From: Lytechinus pictus
Taxonomy: Eukaryota
DNA: 64,000 nt
Direction of reading: 5' to 3'
Assembly (NCBI RefSeq): GCF_037042905.1
Contig: NC_087246.1
Coordinates: forward strand, 13,844,233-13,908,232
A program made the position numbers and the translations under genes. Positions 60,753 to 64,000 of this stretch are shown in pieces; the first letter of the stretch is position 1; each line of letters opens with the position of its first letter. The notes under the pieces were generated by a model that was given only the letters and a program-made list of their open reading frames with translations, made no database searches and was not told where the DNA came from.

Positions 60753-61193
60753 ATCCAATTAAGTCAATCAAATCATTGAAAGTTAATTTTTAAATATAAT
60801 CATTCTGAATTGTTGTGTAGGAAGATTTTTTGGTGTATTTTGTGTACTTCTGTGTTGTTTCTTTTGAACAAAAATCCTCGCAAATTCTGATTTTTGTTTT
60901 ACCATTAAATTTCACAAACACATCCACATCATCATATATAATCTGGCCTGCCTACACACAATGTACGCATTCTACACTTTAATCCATAGAGATGTATTCG
61001 TGCTAGTGAGATGTATTCAAACCAGTTGCTGTGTGAGGTACCCACGATACTGAGGAAACTCCCTGACTTCACATAGCAAAAATACACATTTTAAATTTAA
61101 AAAAAAACACTACCTTCAAGTACATTTAGCATTAGAGAAAAATTTATATTGCTTATCTATCCACAAGAATAATTCATATTTGCAGAAATTTAC

Positions 61194-61309
61194 CTTACTA
61201 CTTGGTCTAATGATGACATCGCCTACATCTGATTCTCTCATCACTTTCTCAGCTTGCTTGTAGGTGATATTTTGGAAGGATGGATGCACGATAACCCTCT
61301 TCACATATG
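61194..61309 (-). CDS. SUPT6H: SPT6 exon ([39 protein letters not shown]), start of SH2 domain 1
   Basis: Acceptor aattcag|CATATG and donor AGTAAG|gtaaat; phase 1 in, phase 0 out. Confidence 0.85.
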
Positions 61310-61932
61310 CTGAATTTATATAAAGTAAAGAAAACAGTATTTAAAAAAATTGTGAATATCTTAATTAAAATCTGAAAAATAAGAAAATGTGCCTAATTTT
61401 ATTGTTACTTTCTATACATGAATACATATATAGTGACAAAACATCACATATGATAATTTTTTCTAAAGTATAAAACATTGAATTACAGGTAATACTCGGC
61501 TGCCAATTACGTAATTACGGCTGCCAAGCTACAGCTGGGGTAACAATATCCAAGTCCTTTGAAAGCGCATAGAGACATTATTCGTAATCGTGATATGCGC
61601 TATACAAGAACTGTTTATTATTATTATTACTCGTGGAACAGCGGTTCATTTCATAATCTACATAAGAAAACCATACCTGACATCCATAAATATTACGAAT
61701 GAATACAATTAAAAGAAATTTTTGAAGACTTTCTTCATTTCCCATATGCATATATTTTAAAAATTCCTATCTCTTCTAATAACAAATCAAACACAAGGTA
61801 AGAAGATGATGTTTTCTGTTGAAACGTCATGGAATATTTTTCAATAAATCTTGGTTCTGATTCACAATTTTTCATCCGATTGAACTCAAACCGAGGAATG
61901 ATATTAATCACTTCAAACAGGATGTGACTTAC

Positions 61933-62131
61933 TGCTGGATGCTGCGGCCTTCTTCTTCTCATCTTCATCCTTTTGTTTATCCATCTCAGCTGATTCATAG
62001 TCATAGTAAGTATCACGAGGCGGTGCCCATTCTCCGTTACGATCCTGGAGATCGGAGCTCCTACTCGTCAGATCCACCTGAAACCTCTCAATGTCAATCT
62101 TCATGATGCGAGCGTGGAGGGTCATACCAAT
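61933..62131 (-). CDS. SUPT6H: SPT6 exon (IGMTLHARIMKIDIERFQVDLTSRSSDLQDRNGEWAPPRDTYYDYESAEMDKQKDEDEKKKAAASS)
   Basis: Acceptor tctgtgtag|ATTGG and donor CCAGCA|gtaagt; 199 nt, phase 0 in, phase 1 out. Confidence 0.85.
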
Positions 62132-62518
62132 CTACACAGAATCAAGTAACTGATTATTCACTCATCTCCAATTTGTCTGTGCAAATTGTGGACTATTTGA
62201 ATGCAAACATAGTGGACATTGCAGGAAACTTACAATCCATTGAAAAGCTCCAAATCGGTACTGAAACTGGAAATTATACATTTGCAATTCATTATACACT
62301 CCATCCATTTCTTGCATCAAAAAATTGCAACTAACCTATCGGTTTCAATTTTGTAGCTGATATCTGCAATCGATTGCAACTTCCCGGGTTCTTGCAAATT
62401 ACCATTCACAAAAAAACACAATGGCAATCTGTAATTGAAACTTCTTAACCACTTTTCAGATTATCTGTACAACATCAATTAAAGGACATTTGATGGTCAG
62501 TTGATAGGTCAGACTTAC

Positions 62519-62659
62519 CTTGACCCTGTCTTCAGGATTCTTGACCTTGCTATCACTCAAGAACTTGGTGTGAATAAATCCCATGATGCCATTGTCCAGA
62601 CGAACTTTGACCCCTACTGCCTGACCTGGGCAGTTACCCGTGTCAAAGTGGCTCCATAC
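62519..62659 (-). CDS. SUPT6H: SPT6 exon ([47 protein letters not shown]), S1 domain
   Basis: Acceptor ctcactcag|GTATGG and donor GTCAAG|gtaagt; 141 nt, phase 0 in and out. Confidence 0.85.
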
Positions 62660-62829
62660 CTGAGTGAGAGAGATTGTAATTGGGAAATGATCAAAGTCTA
62701 GTCTGCAAAACATTGTTCAGAGAACAGGGACTTCTCAACTGCTGCTTTCTGACTCTAAGGAAAAAACATCAGTTTGAATTTATCAATTTCTTGCGACGAA
62801 GAGCTTATCCCCACTGAATATCGTAATCT

Positions 62830-63610
62830 AACAAGTGGAATGCCTCTGGCGGTCTCACTTGCCTCACGAGATTCAATATAGCAGCAGTGCTGACTTTGAA
62901 AACTACTATAACTTGCACAAGATGTTCAGTGATACTTGGTTACTCTTATGTACACGTTCTATGAACTAGACCAATACACTTACACAGATATGATGGTAAT
63001 TCATCAGAGACCCCCATTATGGCCAAAGTTCATTGACCTTTGACCTTGGTCATGTGACCTGAAATGCGCACAGGATGTTCAGTGATACTTGATTACTATT
63101 ATGTCCAAGTTTCATGAATCAGATCCATAAACTTTCAAAGTTATGATGGTAATTCAACAGATACCCCCAATTCGGCCAAAGTTCATTGACCCTAAATGAC
63201 CTTTGACCTTGGTCATGTGACGTGAAACTCGTGCAGGATGTTCAGTGATACTTTATTAACCTTATGTCCAAATTTCATGAACTAGGTCCATATATTTTCT
63301 AAGTTATGATGACATTTCAAAAACTTAACCTTAAGTTAAGATTTTGATGTTGATTCCCCCAACATGGTCCAAGTTCATTGACCCTAAATGACCTTTGACC
63401 TCGGTCATGTGACATGAAACTCAGGCAGGATGTTCAGTAATACTTGATTGACCTTATGGCCAAGTTTCATGAACTAGGTCCATATACTTTCTAAGTAATG
63501 TTGTCATTTCAAAAACTTAACCTTCGGTTAAGATTTGGTGTTGACGCCGCCGCCGCCGCCGCCGTCGAAAAAGCGGCGCCTATAGTCTCACTCTGCTATG
63601 CAGGTGAGAC
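62830..63610 (-). mobile_element. Second, shorter copy of the satellite-carrying TIR element, inverted relative to 17521-18618, inside a SUPT6H intron
   Basis: 62830-62900 is the reverse complement of 18545-18618. 63540-63610 (gacgccgccgccgccgccgtcgaaaaagcggcgcctatagtctcac) is the reverse complement of 17521-17590. Confidence 0.75.
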
Positions 63611-63635
63611 AAAAACAACAAACAATCTGTCTTAC

Positions 63636-63784
63636 CTCGTTGAGTTCAAAGAAGTTATCTTGTTGACAGAAGGGACAGAGCCATAATCCTGTCTCATCAT
63701 TCTTACTAGGATTAGCATCATCTAACATCTCCCTGGTGGGTCTCCTCCTTGCAATACCAGTCACTACACATGTTACCATTTTAC
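63636..63784 (-). CDS. SUPT6H: SPT6 exon ([50 protein letters not shown])
   Basis: Acceptor ttacag|GTAAAATGG and donor AACGAG|gtaaga; phase 2 in, phase 0 out. Matches ORF 63588..63779(-). Confidence 0.85.
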
Positions 63785-64000
63785 CTGTAAAAGGTTATAC
63801 AAAGTTTGTTCCAACAAAGTCAAGCACCTGTAAGCAAAGTTTTTAGTGTGACAAAGAATACCTGACAATTTTTACTGACATTGCTTCAGAGTATCCAAAT
63901 TTTCCTGATATACCATGTTTGAGATGCCAACATTTCAAATCAACAATAATTATATTGAAGATGAGCCCATCCATTCCTGAAATTTCAGGTGTAGGCATAA

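Larger units (their letters stand above)
56277..63784 (-). other. SUPT6H: Gene span within the window of the SPT6 / SUPT6H orthologue (S1, tandem SH2, C-terminal TP-rich tail). The 5' part of the gene lies beyond 64000.
   Basis: Eleven phase-consistent minus-strand exons. The product matches hallmark Spt6 segments as I recall them ([108 protein letters not shown]...HKYY, Y.TVTP.G...RGQ.F...N.L.RWFK). Confidence 0.9.

Overview
This window is AT-rich, intron-rich metazoan (invertebrate-like) nuclear DNA, so the six-frame ORF track mostly shows exon fragments. Gene coordinates come from hand-tracing GT-AG boundaries and checking reading-frame phase across every junction; nothing was searched against a database.

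I can support three protein-coding genes from the sequence.

1. A MORN-repeat gene on the minus strand (CDS 10118 down to 2431, five exons, about 237 aa). It looks like MORN3; the name rests on my memory of the family.

2. A very large plus-strand gene (ATG at 20304, stop TAG at 50166-50168, at least 25 coding exons, about 1580 aa). Its predicted product has tandem SAM domains, a large acidic exon with an internal coding tandem repeat, two tandem ubiquitin-like (RA/RBD-type) domains, a coiled coil, an atypical PDZ domain and a long C-terminal coiled coil. I cannot place this architecture in a known family. It may be two adjacent genes, with the break between 36101 and 40948.

3. The 3' half of the SPT6/SUPT6H orthologue on the minus strand (S1 domain, tandem SH2, and a TP/GTP-rich tail). 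Eleven coding exons run from 63784 down to the stop at 56277-56279, and the gene continues beyond the window end. The family call rests on recalled protein sequence.

The large gene and SPT6 are convergent.

Non-coding sequence is dominated by foldback and TIR (MITE-like) elements. These include a nested TIR complex at 13.2-16.2 kb and a TIR element carrying a 170-190 bp satellite array that is present twice in inverted orientation, about 44 kb apart. There is also a hairpin-ended repeat family, a tRNA-derived SINE, microsatellites, and recurrent homopolymer C/G and (T)n(G)n tracts.

Unusual points are a partially duplicated SUPT6H exon copy in the adjacent intron, degenerate tandem copies of the SUPT6H C-terminal coding segment in its 3'UTR, stop codons embedded in strong splice donors in the large gene, and pyrimidine-rich blocks placed directly 5' of its exons.
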